Made by a program: the position numbers and the translations under genes | In this document: positions 61,101 to 64,000 of the stretch, one piece after another | Position numbering within the stretch: position 1 is the first letter of the stretch | Layout: each line of letters opens with the position of its first letter | Notes under the pieces: model-generated | The model's input: the letters and a program-made list of their open reading frames with translations, nothing else | Databases searched by the model: none | What the model was told of the DNA's origin: nothing | DNA from: Somniosus microcephalus | Taxonomy: Eukaryota | Direction: 5' to 3' | Assembly: GCA_052327205.1 (NCBI GenBank) | Contig: JBMRGM010000038.1 | Location: forward strand, 9,300,001 to 9,364,000 | DNA: 64,000 nt

Positions 61101-64000
61101 AGACCAGACAGACAGGCAGACTGACAGACATGCAGTCAAACATACAGATATACAGTCGAAAACACAGACAGGCCAGACAGACCAGACAGGTACATAGACA
61201 TACCGACAGACAGACCAGTCAGTCCAGACAGACAGAGCGACAGACAGACTGACAGACCAGACAGAGAGACTGACAGAGAGACAAAAAGACAAGACAGATC
61301 AGACAGAGCAGACAGACAGAGAGACATACATAGTGTCCAGACAGACCAGTCTGATAGACAGGCAGACAGACAGAGATTCCACACCGACGGCACACCAGAC
61401 AGACGAGAGAAACCAGGCAGGCAGATAAGCCAGACCAGAGAGAGAGTCAGCAGACAGACTGACAGACAGACAGAGAGTCAAACAAACAGCGCAGACAGAC
61501 CAGACAGAGCAGACAGACCAAACAGACCGACAGACAGAAACATATATAGAAAGATTGGCAGAGAAGAGAGACTGACTACACTTAGGCAGACAGATGGACC
61601 AGACAGGCCAGACAGACAGACTGACAGACATTCCAAAAAGACCAGTCAAGCAGACCGACAGACAGGCAGAGAGATAGACAGATGGACCAAACAGACCAGA
61701 CAGACAGTCATACCGACAGAGAGACATACAGACAGACAGAGAGTCCAGGCAGACCAGTCAGATTTATAGGCAGACAGACAGACCAAACAGGCCAGACAGA
61801 CAGATCGACAGATTGACAGACAGACAGAATGACAAGACAGAACAGACAGGCAGACAAGCAGACCGACAATGAGGCAGACAGATAGAGAGACAGACGAGAC
61901 AGACAGTCTGACAGACAGACGTAAATAAAGTCCAGACAGGCCTGACTGATAGACAGGCAGTCTGCTTGTCTGTCTGTCTGTTCTGTCTTGTCATTCTGTC
62001 TGTCTGTCAATCTGTCGATCTGTCTGTCTGGCCTGTTTGGTCTTTCTGTCTGTCTCTAAATCTGACTGGTCTGCCTGGATTCTCTGTCTGTCTGTCTGTA
62101 AGTGTCTCTGTCAGTGTGACCGACAGAAAAAACAGACCGACAGACAGAGAATACAGACAGACACTCAAGACAGACTAGAAAAACCAGACAGACAGACAAG
62201 CCAGATCAGACAGAGAGTCAGACAGACCGACAGACAGACAGACAGAGAGACCAGAAAAACAGAGCAGACAGAGATGACAGACAGACCAGACAGAGCGGAC
62301 AGAGCAGACAGACCAGACAGACTGACAGACAGACATAGAGAAAGATGGACAGAGAAGACAGACAGGCAGACATACACTTAGGCAGACAGACAGAGCAGGT
62401 AGGCCAGAAAGACAGAACGACAGACAGACAATACAAACAGGCCAGACATACAGACAGAAAGACAAGACAGACCAGACAGGCAGGCACGCAGAACGACAGA
62501 CAGCCAGAGAGATAGAGAAATGGAACAGACAGACCAGACAGACGTACAGACAGACAGACAGAGATAGAGTCCAAGCGGACCACTCAGATTGTTAGGCAGA
62601 CACACCAGCAGACAGACCGACAGACAGAGAGAGGGGCCAGAAAGACAAACAGAACAGACAGACCAGACAGGCAGACAGAACAGACAAACATAAAGACCAG
62701 ATGTACAAGACAGAGAGACAGACAGACAGAGAGACAGACCAACAGACAGGGAGGGAGACAGACCAACAGACAGATAGAGAGACAGAGAGTCAGACCAGAC
62801 AGAGCAGGCAGACAAGACAGGCTTACCAGACAGACATTCTGACCAACAGACAGATAGACAGACAGACAGATATAGGGTCCAGGCAGACAAGTCAGATTGA
62901 CAGGCCGAGTCACTGACAGACAGACAGACAGAGCGACAGGCAGACAGGGAATCCAGACAGACAGGTGAGACAGACCAGATAGAGCCGACAGAAAGACAGA
63001 CCAGATAGACATACAGACCAGACATATCAGACAGAGAGTCAGAGAGACAGACAGGCAGAGCAGACAGACAGACCAGACAGACAAGCTGAACGAGAGACAG
63101 GCAGACAGGTAGGCTGGCAGACCAGACAGACAGACCGACAGGCAGGCAGACCAGACAGACAAACAGACAAGACAGACAGACAAGACCGACAGACCAGACA
63201 TATGGAGAGACCAACCAACAGGCAGAGAGACCAGGTAGACCAACAGTCAGAGAGACAGAAAGACAAAGCAGACCAGATGGACAGACAGCCAGACCGCCAG
63301 ACAGTCAGACAGAAAAACAGACAGAAAGTCAGAGAGACAGCCAGAAAGGGACAGCCCAGGCAGACCAACAGTCAGAAAAATGATAGACAGATAGACCAGA
63401 AAAACTGGTAGTCAGACAGACAGAAAGACAAGGCAGACCAGATGGACAGACAGACAGACCATGTGTCAGACAGACAGAGCGAGAGTCAAACATACAGATA
63501 GACAGGCCAGACAGAAAAGACTTACCAACAGACAGACAGGCAGAGAGGCAGACAGGCAAACCAGGCAGACCAGAGAGACACACAGACAAACAGACAGACC
63601 GATAGACTGCCCAGACAGACAGACAGACAAACTGACAAGGAGACAGACAGACAAACAGACAGACCAGATAGACAGACAAACTAGACAGACAGACCTGACC
63701 GACAGACAAGACATACAGACCAACCGACCGACAGGCAGACAGACAGAGCAGACGGGATGGACTGACAGACAGACTAGACAGAGCCAACAGACCAGGCAGA
63801 CAGACGAGACAGACAGACCAGACCAACAGACCAGACCAACAGACCAGACATACACACCAACCAACCAACAAGCAGACAGACAGACTAGACTGGATGGACA
63901 GACAGACAGAAAGACAAGGCACACCAGATGGACAGATAGACAGATCACCAGACAGACAGACAGAAAAACTCACAGATAGACAGAGAGACAGACAGAACGA

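Larger units (their letters stand above)
49437..64000 (+). repeat. Degenerate (CAGA)n / (GACA)n satellite, over 14.5 kb, with higher-order structure
   Basis: Continuous CAGA/CCAGA/GGCA/TAGA variants with extreme strand asymmetry (T-poor plus strand); runs off the window end. Confidence 0.98.

Noticed and set aside
49277-63979. Dozens of long Ser/Val/Cys/Leu or Gln/Thr/Asp/Arg ORFs
   Set aside because: Translations of the (CAGA)n satellite, which is naturally poor in stop codons.

Overview
Repeat-dense vertebrate genomic DNA, very probably from a shark or ray (it carries an HE1-type V-SINE, several CR1 subfamilies and Penelope elements). No intact host gene is evident; there is one candidate isolated exon. 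Bases 1-49.4 kb are a nest of decayed retroelements: CR1 LINEs, a Zenon-like CR1-group LINE, RTE, Penelope elements with hammerhead-ribozyme relics, and a BEL/Pao LTR element. These are interspersed with a decayed multi-isotype tRNA cluster (Val, Ile, Phe, Glu, Lys x2, Leu). Bases 49.4-64 kb are a degenerate (CAGA)n satellite. The most notable feature is a pair of related minus-strand LTR elements (23721-35213 and 39974-46658). The first has a retrovirus-like pol (PR, RT, degenerate RNase H tether, second RNase H, IN). Both have a tRNA-Arg(TCG) primer site that also contains the start of a transmembrane + coiled-coil Gag-region ORF, a candidate UGA-CUAG gag-pol readthrough site, and no recognisable capsid or env, which resembles lokiretrovirus/Odin-type elements. 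All calls come from reading the sequence by eye; boundaries are approximate unless junction sequence is quoted.
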